Assembly: GCF_009914755.1 (NCBI RefSeq)
Contig: NC_060934.1
Reading direction: 5' to 3' (one strand)
DNA: 64,000 bases
DNA from: the human T2T-CHM13v2.0 reference genome, Homo sapiens
The translations under genes and the position numbers were made by a program. This document shows, piece after piece, positions 40,481 to 55,989 of this stretch. The first letter of the stretch is position 1; the number at the start of each line of letters is the position of its first letter. The notes under the pieces are model-generated. The model was not told where the DNA came from and did no database searches. It saw nothing but the letters and a program-made list of their open reading frames with translations.

Positions 40481-43078
40481 CATGTACAGTCCAGGCTTTA
40501 TCTCTGACTCTCATTCCTCTTATCATCTGTTCAGCTTCTGCCTTTACACACTGACTTCCACTTCTCCAGATGGTTCTTTGCTCTCTTACATGAGTGCCGT
40601 GTTTGTGAATCCAGTCTACAGCGTGAGCTGCCCACGGAGCACAGGCTCCCAAGTTACCCGCACTCGGACGGGCTTCTGCAGACCTGGGTGGGAGCTCCCA
40701 TCTGTGCCAGTTCCCAAAAACTCCTCCTAGCCCAGGCCCTGCATCCCACCCTCCCATCTGTGTCAGAAGATGCTTTGGAACCACTTGCATGAGTTAGAAT
40801 TGGCCCAGCACCTCCCTCAGCAGTTGACCCAACCCCCAGAAACCTATTCTCTCCTCCACAAAATGGGGCCACTGCTGTTAGGGTGGCTGTGACAATTTAA
40901 GAAGAGGCTTGTAAGGTCCCAGCACCTGGAAGGCCATCTTGGATGTTAGCTGTCACATTCTATTCTAGAAGACAACCTCCCCACCCTTCCTCACTTCCTT
41001 CCTTCCCAGCCCTTCTCTCTGAAACATGCTCTTCCCCCTCCCGGACCCCTTCCCGCGCCGCAGGAACCCAGGATGTTTATGTTTTCCCCGGATGTGGTAC
41101 ATTGTAGGAATCTGGCTGTTTTCTGAACCTAAGGAGTGTCAATTTCTCACCTCTTCCCTTTGGCTGAGTCTGGCAGAAAATGCCCACTTAGATGTTGCAT
41201 CTGATAGTATGGGATGTACAGAAAGAGATGCTTCCCCAAATGCCAATTTATAGCCTAGAAGAGGAGCCCGGAGCCTTCCGGACTCAGGAAAACATACTCT
41301 TATTCTGACATTGGCCAAATGTTCAATATATAAACTTATGACATCCTTTCCTTCCCTCTCCCTTTGTGAGTGAGATAAGATAATCCCTTGATGAATTGGA
41401 ACACATCACTTATTTTTAAAAGTCATTTGGGGGAAGAAGACCATCTGGATGCTTAGAAAGCTTCAGAACACAGGAAAGAAACTGGGTAGACAAAACCAGA
41501 TTGGGATAACCTTCCACAGACTCCCCATGGACCCACCATCTGGAAGTTTAATCTTCTAGAAGGGAAAGTAATCTCTGGGTGCTGTTCGTCTGTTTGGGGA
41601 ACACAGGTCAGTACACTTGCAGCATGTCATGTCTATGCTCAGAAACCTTCAAAGGCAACCAGAGGTCGCCATGAGATAGACGGTCCTCCCTCTGACATCA
41701 TTACTTTTTCACAAATACCTGAATTACAGCCACTCTGAAATACTCGTTATTCCCTGAACATACCCCAAACATTACTTCTGAGTCTTTATTCTGCTGCTTC
41801 CTCCTGGCACGCCCTTTCCACCGGCTTAAGTGGCACCGTTTGCATGGCCAATGTGATGCTACCTTCACAAAGCCACTCCTGGGTCCCCTGACTGCCTGAA
41901 ACCCACCACCTCTGGCCTCCTATGGCTCTTGGAACCTCCCTTTTTGCATTAATCCTGCAGAGGTTAGAATGGAAGCAATGATGTGATATTTTGTGATATG
42001 ATACCTCGATGGGTTTTCCTTTGGGATATGCGTCCCGGTCATTTCTATCCTTTTTTCACCTCCATGCACCAGAATGAGTTCCGTGAAGGCAGCATCTGTG
42101 TTTGACTCCGGTCTGTGTCCCTCCCGACCCGTCTCCATGCCTGGAACTGGGCAGGTACTCGGTACATTTTAATCACTTACACTTTACAAGTCAATAGTGC
42201 TATTCTGAGCATAAAGGTTTCAGACAACCTCTGCTGTCATGTGTATCTTTGCAAATATCGATAAGGACATCTGAACTCGACACTCCAACCCTGCTCCTCT
42301 ACCCACTCAGGGAATGGCTACACTTTGCAATGAAGCCAGGGGTGAACGGAACTTCACCTTTGATAGGTGAATGAAACACTAGGTTTGGTGTGAATTTGTG
42401 AGCCCAGTTTTGTGCCTTAAAGGAGACTGGCTTCAAATGCTGTAGAATTGCCATGGCCTCAGTTTCTGCTTTAAGCACCTACTATCATTAAAATAGTTTA
42501 TGCAACCTTCTAAAGGAAGCTGAGTTATGGGGGACCCTTCCCAATCTCCCTGAAATCTGTAAAGGAGACTAAGAGCTGGATATTCTGTAGTCCAACTCTG
42601 TCTCTAAACCACTGAGACCTCTTGAGTTGCCTATGTCGAGGCCCTCTAAGTAAGGCCCTTTGCCGTACAGTGTGGTTGAAGACATGGAGGGCATTGCACT
42701 GGTAGGTGGCAACCGCTTTTGAGCAGAAATGGGCTCATTATGTTTTAGGAAATTGTGTGCTTGTGGGTTGAAGGAGAAATCCTAGAATGCTTTCTGAAGC
42801 GAATATTCGTTGCCAAAACAATTTATAACTGTGTTGCCATGGAAGCCAATATGTCACGTTTCACTCAGCCTAAGAATATCTAAACTCTAATGATTCTGAG
42901 AATAGCCGAAGTGGAACAGCCAGGTGTGATCTCTACGAGAGGCCCAAGGTTAACATCCATTTTCCAGTTTCTAATCCACTGTCTATGAATCTCTCAAAAT
43001 TCCCAACTTCTTACTCTGAATGTCATTTTGGGAGCGTGGGCTTTCCAACTGGAGTATCTGTGAGGCAACTCCTCCTCT

Positions 43079-43168
43079 TCTCTTATCCAGGTAGTCACCA
43101 GGCCAGACCCTGCTTAGCTTCCAAGATCTGACGAGATCAGGTGCATTCAGGGTGCTACGGCCGTAAGT
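43079..43168 (-). pseudogene. 5S rRNA pseudogene, 3'-truncated (about nt 1-90 of 5S)
   Basis: Reverse complement tacggccgtagcaccctgaatgcacctgatctcgtcagatcttggaagctaagcagggtctggcctggtgactacctggataagaga aligns without gaps to human 5S (TACGGCCATACCACCCTGAACGCGCCCGATCTCGTCTGATCTCGGAAGCTAAGCAGGGTCGGGCCTGGTTAGTACTTGGATGGGAGA). Confidence 0.93.
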
Positions 43169-44974
43169 GACTCATTTTCTTTTGTCGTGTTCTGTGTGTA
43201 TATAAATGCTTGTGAGAATCTCCAAATATGTGGTCAATTTGGGTCTCATGAGCTTGAGGGACAGTGAAAAAAGAATGGAAGAAAATAAAGTGCGAGTAGT
43301 TAGAGAATTTCTATGGAGACTTGCAGCTGTGTAAAGTGAAATCGATGTGGCAGCGGTGAGCAGCCCGTGTGGACACCAAGCACAGGTGGGGACAGTAGAT
43401 TTAACCTGAAGTTCCAGAAGCCTCTGTGTGTTGAAGGAGAGGGGGCCACCAATACCCTACAGGGTAAAGGCACATTTCAGAGGCAGAGGTGTTCTGAATG
43501 AAGCACATGGTCGGTTCCAGGAGAGCCCAACTGGGGAGCAAAACCCCTGGGTCAGACTGGCTGGCATCCCTCAGGAAGTAGGCAGGTGGGGAGTGGGGTC
43601 TGGAGAGAGGAATATGAAGGAGGGGTGCTGAGAAATCCAGCCAGTGGGAGAGCTGTTAAGGTCCCCAAACTGGGTTGTACTCTTGGCCTCTTTGGCTTAT
43701 ATTCAATAGGTAACCAAACTTAGTCAAAAAAAATCAGGATCTCCTTTTCCCTCTTTAAAGTCCTTTGTGGGCCATTAATTTCAAAACTGACACCTCTTGA
43801 GTTGCATATTTCAAGGCCCTCTAAGTAACCTCTCCCCCAGCGAAGGCAAACTCTCCGCAACTCCCCACAAGCGGCCAGTCTGCCTGAATGCCCCTGTGGC
43901 GAGACACTCTGACCCTGCCTAGCATCCAAGCCACTTTTAAAAAATGCACAACTGCCTATCCCAAAGGTAAACCCTCTGTGTATCTTAAAATATAACATAC
44001 ATGGTCTTAACTCTTGCCTCTGGAGTCACACAGAATAAACTCTTCTCTTCTTTTCCAAGGTGGCATGCCAAAGGTGTGCACACAGCCATTGTATCTTCTC
44101 TAAGTCCTCCGTCCCCATGTAGTCATCCCTGGATCATTTCTCACATTACATTTTCCCCAAAACATCTAACTCCACATCTCATGAAATTCTCAATTCATCC
44201 TATTGTGATACCCAGGGCTGAACCCTGTGCTTAAGGGATGATCTGACTGGGATTGTTATAGCTCAAACTTTATGTATGAGGCAGAAAAGAACAGGCAGAA
44301 CAAAAGCTGGGGTTTGGCACAGGCCCTGGGAGGCTTTATTGGGCCACAAAGGCAGAATTTGTAGGGGCAGTTGGGTACTTGAGATGCTATGCCCAAGAGC
44401 AGAGGCTGGGTAGGAGCAGAGGGACTGCTGGCTGCCTGCTGACCCAGCTGGCAGGAGCGCAGGACAGTGCTCAGTCCTGGGTAGGGACTAGAATACTGGG
44501 AAGAGTGAAAACAAGTGGATAGTCAGGAGCAGAAACCAAAGGATCCATGGAGGATGCTGGAGGACACAGGTGGAGTGTGAAGACAGCTGGGATTTAGTGA
44601 TAAAAGGCTGGTTTGTACTCCATGGACTGAGTTGTGTGTAACTGCTTGTGATCATCAACTCAGCTTAAGAAACTGACATAACCCAATTATATATTCCTCA
44701 TATAGGCCAAGAACTGGTTGAGCTGAACTTAAGCATGGCAGGCAATAGGGGCCTTAGCTATGAGGGCCAGAGACAAACAGTCAGGGCTGGCATGGTGCCC
44801 ACTCTAGAGTGCCTTATTTATGATGTATTAGATTTGTGCCCCAGGGAGCACAAAGAATGGCATTTCCTAGATTTCTACATCTGTCCTTATGGAGAGGGCT
44901 TGCTTTCCTTGCTGTGTATCCTGTTGTACTATTGGGCAGGAAAAAAGGTCAATTAAGAGATGGGACAAATACAA

Positions 44975-45300
44975 AATATTAAGATGGTAGACTAAACAAC
45001 TAAATATAAATGGACTAAACACTAATAAGTGTACAGAGATTAAAGCAAGACCCAACAACATGCTGTTTACATATACAGGCACAAATAGGTTGAAAGCAAA
45101 AGGACAGAAAAAGTTATATAGGTATATCATGCAAACACTAAGCATAAGAAAGCTTGTAGGGCTATATTGATATCAGGCAAAGTAGACTTCAGAACAACAT
45201 TAAGTATTACTAGAGATAACAGGATATTTCATTGGAGGTCAACTCATAAAGACATTATAATCATAAATGTGTATACCCCTAAAAACAAAAAATACATAAA
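44975..45300 (+). mobile_element. Old L1 ORF2 endonuclease-region fragment
   Basis: aaatggactaaacac...aagcaagacccaacaacatgctgtttaca...gctatattgatatcaggcaaagtagacttcaga. Confidence 0.75.
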
Positions 45301-45499
45301 CTCAGAGCATTTATTTAGCACTAGAAAGATGAATAAAATATAGTTATTACTCCAAAACAATTTCCATCTTGGAAAAAAAGGGATGTTAACATTTTTAGAG
45401 TAGTATATTAGCAACCAAGAAAGAGGCCCCAAGATCCTGATATCAGCCAACGTGATATTTACCAGTTCCTGTTTTCCATCTCCCCTGCCAAAAAGAAAT

Positions 45500-45965
45500 T
45501 ATTTTTAAAATGGAAATTTCCGAACACACATAAAAGTAGAGAGATGAGTATAGTGAGCCTCCATGTAGCCTCACCACTACTACAAGAATTCTAGCACTTC
45601 CGCCTCTCATTTCATCTATCCGCTGGCCCTTCCCCAACTACTTTTTGCTATAGCATTTTTAAGGACATGTCAGATACCACCTGTAAATACTTTAGCACAC
45701 ATCTCTAGCTGATAACATTTGTAAAAGCATAACCATCATACCATTACCACACTTAAAATTAACAATTGCTCAATACTAGCTAATACTCAGTACAACTGCC
45801 TCACAGATTTCTTTTTTATATTTAGTTTGTTTACATCATGATTAATATAAGGCCCATATATTACACTGATTGCTAAAGCTCTAGTCTCTTTTACAATATT
45901 TTTTGTTGTTTTTGTAAAGCCACTGATTTCTTATGAGAAACTGGTTCATTTATGCTACAAATGGC
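45500..45965 (-). mobile_element. Old L1 (L1MC-like) 3' fragment
   Basis: tggaaatttccgaacacacataaaagtagagagatgagtatagtgagcc...aaatactttagcacacatctc. Confidence 0.6.
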
Positions 45966-47373
45966 AAAAAAAAACCTTTCTTTTGACTAAACATCTCTTC
46001 TAGAAATGATAATGATCAATATGAAAATAAAAAGCAATAATGTAGACGCTTAGGAGTGAATTCTCTAATACACACTTTGTCCCAAAACACTCTAAAGGGA
46101 TTGCATCTCATTTCCCGACAAATACACTGAACCTATTGGGGTTAATTTGAACCATATTAGAAGTCCATGAATCCATTAGAATCATCTGGAGCAGGAACTT
46201 TTTTCAATTCAATTGCAAGTGAAATTCAGTCTACATTTGAAAAGTACTAACAAGATGTATAAATTCTATCAATCTCAAACTACATACACAGTCCAGAAAT
46301 GGAATTGCAATGGAGAAAGGACTTCAGAGGCCCCCTGGGTAACAGATGAACATTGCCAAGTCTTAAGTAATTATCTAATTTTCTTCTAACCTCAAGGCAT
46401 GCTGGGGCATCTGGGAGTTGTCAGGGAATGCAGGTGTGCACACCCAGGGCCTCAGCGTGTTACAACACAGCCAAGGAAATGGCAAAGCAATGCTGTTCAA
46501 ATAAAAATGTAGACAGACCCAGAGTTTAGAAGAGGTGACTATACCAACTGTGGCTCAAGGCATCTGAGGTTAGTCAGCCAGTACTACAGGGAACCATTTC
46601 CCTCCAACTCTTGTCCACACCAGATTCAAATTTTATTTTCTGTTAAGCTTGGAAAGCCAGTATCTTGGGAAGAAAAGGTTCAAAAAGCCCCAGGCACAAG
46701 AGAGAAGAATACAATAAAAAATGCAACAAAAGGAAAGAGAAAGCATGAGATGATTTCTTTTTCCCAGTAGTTTTCTGTTAAATTTCCCTCCAACCGTTTT
46801 AGGAATTACAATACTTAACATCCTCAATAGGCTACATCAGCAGTTGAAGAAGTGAACCAATACCAGCTCATGATCAGTGATCCATTTTCTTATTCTCTTG
46901 GCAGGGCTGCACTTAGCCTCCAGAGTTGTCTCTTCAACAAGACAGGTCTGATCATCTCAGTAACCTTCTTCTGGGACTCCTGTTAGACGTGTATATTTAA
47001 TACCATTGGCTAAGTCGTAACAATCATCCAAGTCAACCGACCTCCCAGCCTGCCCACATTGCCTCCCTGTAGGAAGTGATTTTGCACACAGAAGCCCCTG
47101 GTGGGGTAGGGTGGAGTGTGAAGTATCTGTTCTTGGACCACAGTTCCATCCCTGGAGCAGCAATTGTGAAGCATCGTTCTCCTGTTCCAGCATCTCTCCA
47201 AAGACGCTCAGGTCTCCGTCACAGGATCACCATTGAAAAAGGTGTCTGTCCCTCTGACACGTACCCAGGGGAGGAAAGAGCAAGCTTTGGAGGCACCTGG
47301 TTGACTTCAACTGGAGGTAAGGGTCTGGGCAACTGGGATCACCAGACTGAAGGATTAATTGAAAGTTCAGCAG

Positions 47374-47732
<359 letters not shown>

Positions 47733-48988
47733 TTAAGTCACCAAAACAAGGTGCCAGGGCTGCATTCTCTCAGGGTCTGCAGGGACTCTGATGAGGGCCT
47801 TTCACAGAAGCAGCTTGTGAGCACTTAGCGAGATGGCTACCTCTGCCTCAGTGGCTCTAACACTCTCCCTGTGAAGGGCAATTCCTCCTTTTGATAGACA
47901 ACACCCTGCAAACCCAGATATGGGTTAGAGTCCACAGGGAATGGAGCTCACTCTGCCCCCCTCTGCCACAGATTATCTTTCTTACTCTCTACCACATGCC
48001 ACTGGCCTCTCCAGTGACCCCCTCACCTTCCCTGCCTCCCCAGGCCCTTCCACATGGGTCCAGCAGGTCCAACAGGCCCCAAAGCCGAGCCCATTGAAGA
48101 CAATTTAACACCATTTGATTCTAAGCTGGTCATTACCTCTTGAGACTGTTTTAAAAGGGAGCTATGATGCTATTTTAATGCAATGGGGCGGGGGGATGAT
48201 CAAACACATGTAAATGAGAGGTGTTTGAAAATGGTAAAATGCTGTACCAAAGCAAGCTAAGAAATTGAAGTGGGAGAGGGTAAAGTACTATTAATATAAC
48301 AGAAGGCACAATCAGAGAAGAGCTAGAACTAGAAAAAAATTTCTGTTTTTGATCTGGCCATTGAAATTTTTTTATGAGTAGATTAATAGTTGTATTTTAA
48401 AATAAAATTGCAGTTCATGCATCTATATATGATAATGGGAAATGCTAGTTGGGGATTTCCTCTGTCTTCCATAATTGCAGAGTTGAAGCAGAAGGTCCCA
48501 ATGTCCTCCAGCTCATGGTCTAGGCACAATTTCAGCCAAATTATTTTCATCAAATAGGTTTCTAATCTTTTTCAAAAGCTGTCCAGGACAATACGTTGTA
48601 CAGTTTCTCTAGGAAATGATGTAATATTTTTACATTTCTTTTCTATTTGGTTTTGCATTGTGCCCTCAAAAACGTGTCACAAAAGCATTTGGCAGACATT
48701 TAATAGAGTGATGAATATAATCAGATATTATTTTGAGGGAAAGTGTCACCTAATTTCTGTTGACTCATTCTGAACAATGGAAAACATTCTTTTCCCATGC
48801 TTGGAATAAGAGTTCCCCTTGATTTACAAATGTTTCTCCATGTTATTACTAAGAGGTTTACATGACTTAAGAACACGGGATGTCATTTGGAAACATGGGG
48901 CACAATAGTCTTCTTTGTGCAATTGACAACTGTGCTAGCAAATAGTGGCTGCTTCCATTGGGTTAACAGCTGATACCACATTCTAGAG

Positions 48989-49614
<626 letters not shown>

Positions 49615-49739
49615 TTAAAGCTCTGACAAGTCTACCGTATTCATAAGACTTTAGGAATGGTGTCCACTCAACATGCAGCAATACACTGTTTTAATTTCTA
49701 ATTAACTATTTACAATGTACAGCAGATGGGGTGGAATGG

Positions 49740-50135
49740 GATTCAAACTTCTTCTGGGGTTACTTCCTCTACAACAGAGCCTGGAAAGCTAAAAACTACG
49801 TTTCCCAAACTTCCTTATATTGACCCTTCTGAATGAATTTAGAGTCCATCCATCAGATGCTGAAGATCTGAAAGGTGCAAGTGGAAGCCAGCTTTCTGCT
49901 GCACCAGCTATTCCTCCTCTGTTGTAGAAGCATTTGGTTTTTCTATAGCTGCTTTTGGCAGAGGCCGTGGCTACCCTGAAGGGCTGAATCAGTGGTGTTC
50001 TGAGAGTCATTCCTGCAGGTCACCTAAAGTTTTCTTCCTGTTGCCCTTCTGACAAGTTTGTCTGACCAAACCTCTCTAATATTTTCTGCTTAAAATATGT
50101 AGACTCATTACTGTTTTCTATAACAGAACTGTGGT
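49740..50135 (+). mobile_element. Degenerate ERVL LTR (LTR33-like)
   Basis: ccatcagatgc...gttctgagagtcattcctg...ttttctgcttaaaata...ctgttttctataacagaact; weak resemblance. Confidence 0.45.
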
Positions 50136-50611
50136 ACATACAGCCAGGATAGCCAGAGATCCTAAACTGTCCACATTTCAAGAATTAGGTCCTGTGTGTT
50201 TCTTCCATGCAGGGGCTCTGAATCTGGGGTCTCCACTACCCAAAGGACCTGTAAGTAAAACTCAGAGGATTTGTGTATTTGGGTGGGAAAATATTACATT
50301 TTTTATATATAAAAAACAGTTTTATGTTCACAGCAAAGCTGAATGGAAAATGTAGATTTCTCTTGTACCTCCTGTTCCCACATATGTGCAACCTCCCCTA
50401 CTATGGATGTCCTGACACTATTGAGTCTTCCTATCCATAAACAAATCTCCATTTGTTTAGTTCTTTAATATCTTTCTTCAGAGTTTTGTAGTTTTCCTCA
50501 TGTAGATCTTGTAAATATTGTTAGATTATTCTTAAATATTTCATTCTGGGGAGGTGCCTAGTATAAATGATAATGTGTTTTTAATTTCAAATTCAAATTG
50601 TTCCTTGTTAG

Positions 50612-50864
50612 TAATGTTTCTTGACCTATGATGGGTTTATCAGGACGTAAGTAAAAAATGCATTTAATACATCTAACATATTGAACATCATAGCTTACCT
50701 TAAATGTGTTCAGAACACTTACACTGGTCTACAGTTGGACAAAATAATCTAACACAAAGCCTATTTTATTAAAAAGTATAGACTATCTCACATAATTTAT
50801 TGAATATTGGAGTATGGTGTCTACTGAATGTGTATTGTTTCACACCATAAGTTGGAGACCATCC
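50612..50864 (+). mobile_element. MER47A-like Tigger MITE
   Basis: aaaatgcatttaatacatctaac...gaacatcatagctt...cagaacacttaca...ctacagttggacaaaataatctaacacaaagcctattttat. Confidence 0.85.
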
Positions 50865-51833
50865 ATAGGAAAGCAATTGACTTTTGTCTGTTACCTGTGT
50901 ATGCATGTAATCTTGCTACAATTGCTTATTAGTGCCAGGAGTCTTTTGCTATTTGGGGGAATTTTCTACATAACCAACCATGTTATCTACAATGTTTTAT
51001 GTCGTCCTCCTCAATCTGTATACCTTTGATTTTTTTTTCTTGTCTTGTATTAGCTACAATAGAACTTCCAATATGATGTTGAAAAGCAGTTCTGACAGAG
51101 GACATCCTTGCCTTGTTCCTGATCTTAGCGGGAAAGCTTTGGGCTTCTCACTATTAATTATAATGTTAGCTTTAGTTTTTTTGTAGATGTTCTTTATGAA
51201 GTTGAGACAGTTCCCCTCTACTCCGAGTTTGCTGATAGTTTTCTCATTAACAGGTTTTAGATTTTGCTAAATGCTTTTTCTCCATCTATTGATATGATCA
51301 TGTGATTTTTCTTCTCTAGCTTGTCAAGATGAATTGCATTAATTGATTTTTGGATGTTGAACCAGCTTTGCATACCCAGTTTAAATATCCCTTGGCCATG
51401 AGGCATCATTCTTTTTATATACTGTTGGATTTGATTTGCAAACAACATCATGTTGATTTTTTTTCATCTTGGTTCATGAGATATGGGTCTATTGTTTTCT
51501 TGTAATGTCTTTGTCTGGTTTAGGTAGTAGGGGAGTGCTGGCTTGTAGAATGAGTTAGGAGAGATTCCCTCTACTTCTACCTTCTAGGAATTGTAGGGAG
51601 CTGGTACAATTTCTTTCTTACGTGTTCAGTAGCATTTACCAGTGAATCCATCTGGGCTTGGTGCTTTGAGTCTGGAAGGTTTTAATTACTGATTCAATTT
51701 ATTTAATAGATTATAGGTCTATTCAGATTCTCTTTCTTTTTACATGAATTTTAACAAATTGTGCCTTTTAAAGAATTGGTCCATTTTGTTGAGGTTATCA
51801 GATTGGTGGGCATAGAGTTGTTGATAATATTCC

Positions 51834-52141
51834 CTTTTTTTTTTTTTTTTTTTTTTGAGACAGAGTCTTGCTCTGTTGCCCAGAGCGACCCAGTGCAGTG
51901 GCATGATTTTGGCTCACTGCACCCTCTGCCTTCTGGGTTTAAGAGAGTCTTGTGCCTCAGCCACCAAAGCAGCTGGCTTACAGACATGCACAACCACGCC
52001 AGGATAATATTTTGTATTTTTAGTAGAGATGGGGTTTCATCATGTTAGCCAGGCTGGTCTCACAGTCCCAGCCTCAAGTGATCCGCCCGACTCGGCCTCC
52101 CAAAGTCCTGGGATTACAGGTGTGAGCCACTGTGCCCGGCC
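51834..52141 (-). mobile_element. AluS
   Basis: Reverse dimer; ataatattc on both sides. Confidence 0.9.
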
Positions 52142-53194
52142 ATAATATTCTTTTATTATCCTTTAAATGTCCATGGGATCTGTAGTGATGGCCCCTCTTT
52201 CATATTTGATAGTAAATAACATGTCTTTTTTCCTATAATTAACCTGGATAGAGGTTTATTGATTTTATTTATCTTTTCAAAGAATCAGCTTTTTTGATTA
52301 TTTTCTGTTTTCACTTTCATTGATTTCTGCTCTAATTTTTATTATTACTTTTCTTTTGCTTACTTTAAATTTAATTTGCTCTTTTTGTTGTAGTTTCCAA
52401 AAGTGGAAGTTCAGGCCACTGATATTAGATCTTTCTTCTTTCCTAATATATGCATTTCATGCTATAAAATTTTCTGTTAAGCTTTATTTTCACTACATCC
52501 CACAAATTGGTAAGTTATATCTTCATTTTCCTTTAACTGAAAATATTTCGAAATTTTTCTTCATTTCTTCCTTGACCTGTGTGTTACTTAGAAATGTCTT
52601 GTACAGTCTCCAAGTATCTGGGACTTTTCAGATATATCTGTTATTGATTTCTAGTTTAATTCCATTGTCGTCTTTCCATTGTTGTCTGAGAGCAGATATT
52701 ATATGATCTCTATTCTTTTTGATTTTTTAAGGTATGTTTTATGACCCAGAATGTGATCTATCTTGGTAAATGTTACATGTGAGCTTGAGAAGAATATGTG
52801 GCCTGCTGTTGGTGGATGAAGGAGTATGTAAGTGGCAATTACATCCAGTTGACTGATGGTGCTTTTGGGTTCAAGTATGTCTTACTGATTTTCTGTCTAC
52901 TGGATCTGTGAATTACTGATAGAGGGGTTTTGATGTCTCCAACTATGATAGTAAACTCATCTATTTTTCCTTGCAGTTCTATCAGTTTTTGCCTCATATT
53001 TTGATGATCTGTTGCTAGGCACATAACATTAAGAATCATTATGCCTTCTTGGAGTAGTAACCCCATTATTACATAATGGCCCTCTTTATATCTGATACCT
53101 TTTCTTGCTCTGAAGTCTGCTCTAAAATTAATATAGCTACTCCTGTTTGCTTTTGATTAGTGTTGACATGGTATGGCTTTCTGCGTCCCTTTAT

Positions 53195-53560
53195 CTATTT
53201 GAGACAGGGCCTTGCTCTGTTGCCCAGGCTGGTATCAAACTCCTAGGCTCAATCTTCCTACCTCGGCCTCCCACAGTGTTTGGATTACAGGCATGAACCA
53301 CCATGCCCAGTCTTATTTTATTATGTTACCCACACTGGAGTCCACTGGTGCAATCATGACTCACTGTACCATTACGTAACAAACTCCTAGGCTCAAGCAG
53401 TCCTCCTGAGTAGCTGGGACTACGGATGTGCACTACCAAACCTGGCTTTTTTTTTTTAAGAGATAGGGTCTTGCTATGTTGCCCTTGCTGGTCTCAAGCA
53501 ATCCTCCCACATCAGCCTTCCAAAGTGTTGGGATTATAGGTGTGAGCCACCATGCCTGCC
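53195..53560 (-). mobile_element. FLAM-like monomer plus decayed AluJ
   Basis: Two adjacent reverse Alu-derived segments (53195-53312, 53320-53560). Confidence 0.75.
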
Positions 53561-53576
53561 TTTGTCTTTATATTAA

Positions 53577-53813
<237 letters not shown>

Positions 53814-53973
53814 TAGACGACTGAAATTTCAAAGTGACTATTGGTATAGTTGTATTAGTATTTCATATCGGTTACTGTTTTCTATTCATTACCCTGGTTC
53901 TCTATTCCTATTTTTTACTTCCTCCTGTGGTTTTAATTGAGCATTTTATATTATTTCATTTTCTCTTTCTTAG

Positions 53974-54273
<300 letters not shown>

Positions 54274-54744
54274 TAATAACAAGACGTTCCTAATTCCCCT
54301 GCTGTCCCTTATATCATTGCTGTGATTCACTTTCTAAGCATCTACTTTTACAAAAGTGAATACATTGTTGCTATTCTTTTGAACAAACTTATCTGTCAGA
54401 TCAATGAAGATGACAGACATTGTATCTTGACTTACTCATTCTCAGATGCCCATTTTTGTATGTAGATCCAAGTTTCTGACCTATATCAATTTTCCCCTCT
54501 CTGAACAACTTCTTTAAACATTTCTTGCAATGCAGGTTTACGGTCCGACGGTAATCTCAGTTTTTGTTTATTTCTCCATCACTTTTGAAGGATAATTTCA
54601 CAGTGTACAGAATTGTAGGGTTGTTTTTTTCTCTCAGCACTTTAAATATTTTTTTCTCCTCTATTCTTGCTTGCATGGTGTCTGAGAAGTTGGATACACT
54701 TCTTATATTTTTGCCTGTATATGTAAGCTGTTTTCTTTCAAGAA

Positions 54745-54911
54745 TTTTTTTTCTCTTTTTGAGACAGGATCTCACTCTGTTGCCCAGGCTGGAGTGCAGT
54801 GGGTGTGATCATGGCTCACTGCAGCCTTGACCTCCCTGGGCTTGGGTGATCCTCCCACTTCAGCCTCCCAAAGTGCTGGGATTACAGGGTACTGAGCCAC
54901 TGTGCCCGGCC
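54745..54911 (-). mobile_element. Alu monomer (J-like, chimeric)
   Basis: Right-arm body joined to the left-arm start cctcccaaagtgctgggattacagg...gagccactgtgcccggcc. Confidence 0.8.
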
Positions 54912-55032
54912 ACTTTCAATATTTTATCTTTGATTTTCTGAAGTTTGAACATGATATGCCTAGGTATAGGTTTTTGGCATTTCACTCCAGCAGGTTAGAT
55001 TCTGGTTAAACAGTTCCTCCTAAGGTCTCCTA

Positions 55033-55330
55033 AGACCAAGCACAGAGGCTTACGCCTGTAATCCCAGTGCTTTGGGAGAAGCCAAGGCAGGAGAATCTTT
55101 TAGGCAGATGCTGAGGCCCCCATCTGTGCAAAAAAATTTTAGAAACTATTAGCCAGATATGGTGGCACACACCTATAGTCCCAGCTACTCAAGAGGCTGA
55201 GGTAGGAGGATGGCATGAGCCCAGGAGTTCGAGGCTACAGTGAGTTGTGATTACACCTGTCAGTAACCACTGCACTCCAGCCTGGGTGACCTAGTGAGAT
55301 CCTGTCTCAACTAACTAAAGAAATAAAAAA
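55033..55330 (+). mobile_element. Decayed AluJ
   Basis: Forward; left arm partly deleted. Confidence 0.8.
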
Positions 55331-55859
55331 CAGAAGGCTAAGGCATATGTCAAAATGTTTCCGTTTCCCTCTTCCTGGCAGCACAAGGGGACCTGTATCT
55401 GACAGTTACTTGTAGGACCTGGTAGAGCTTCTAGAGGTAAAACTCACAAAAGCCTAAGCCTGGGGGCCGGCCAATGGCTGGGTCCCTGTGGACTTTTTTT
55501 TTTTTTTTACCCTCAGACTCATTCACTCTGAGCATCCCACAGTTCATCAGTTACAGTTCCGCCTTTCCTACCCTGATACTGGTTCCCACAGGCGTTTTTG
55601 CTCGGGTAAGTTGTGACCCTGTATCTTCCCGTTTGATTGATCTAAGAGGAGCTTGTGACTTCTCAGCCCCTTACAGGCTGCACTGGAAACTGGTGGTCTC
55701 TACCTATTTATTTTCACTCATTTCCTACGTAGAGCATTTCCTTTTAGTATGTGTGCGGTTATCAAGCCACCATAGTACTAGCAGTACCTGAGATGTTGTC
55801 ACCAGAAGACATCAGATATCATCATGTCACGTTCTATCTCAATGTACTGTGTTTTTTGC

Positions 55860-55989
55860 TTTTTTCTAAGACAGGGTCTCAACTCTGTCACCCAAGCTGG
55901 AGGGCAGGGGCGTGATCATAGCTCACTGCAGCCTCGACCTCCTGGGCTCAATTGATCCTCCCATCTCAGCCTCCCAAAATGTTGGGATT
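55860..55989 (-). mobile_element. Alu monomer fragment (J-like)
   Basis: gatcatagctcactgcagcctcgacctcctgggctcaa...ctcccaaaatgttgggatt. Confidence 0.8.

Noticed and set aside
46330-46640. Possible L3/CR1 fragment
   Set aside because: Resemblance is too faint to support without a profile search.
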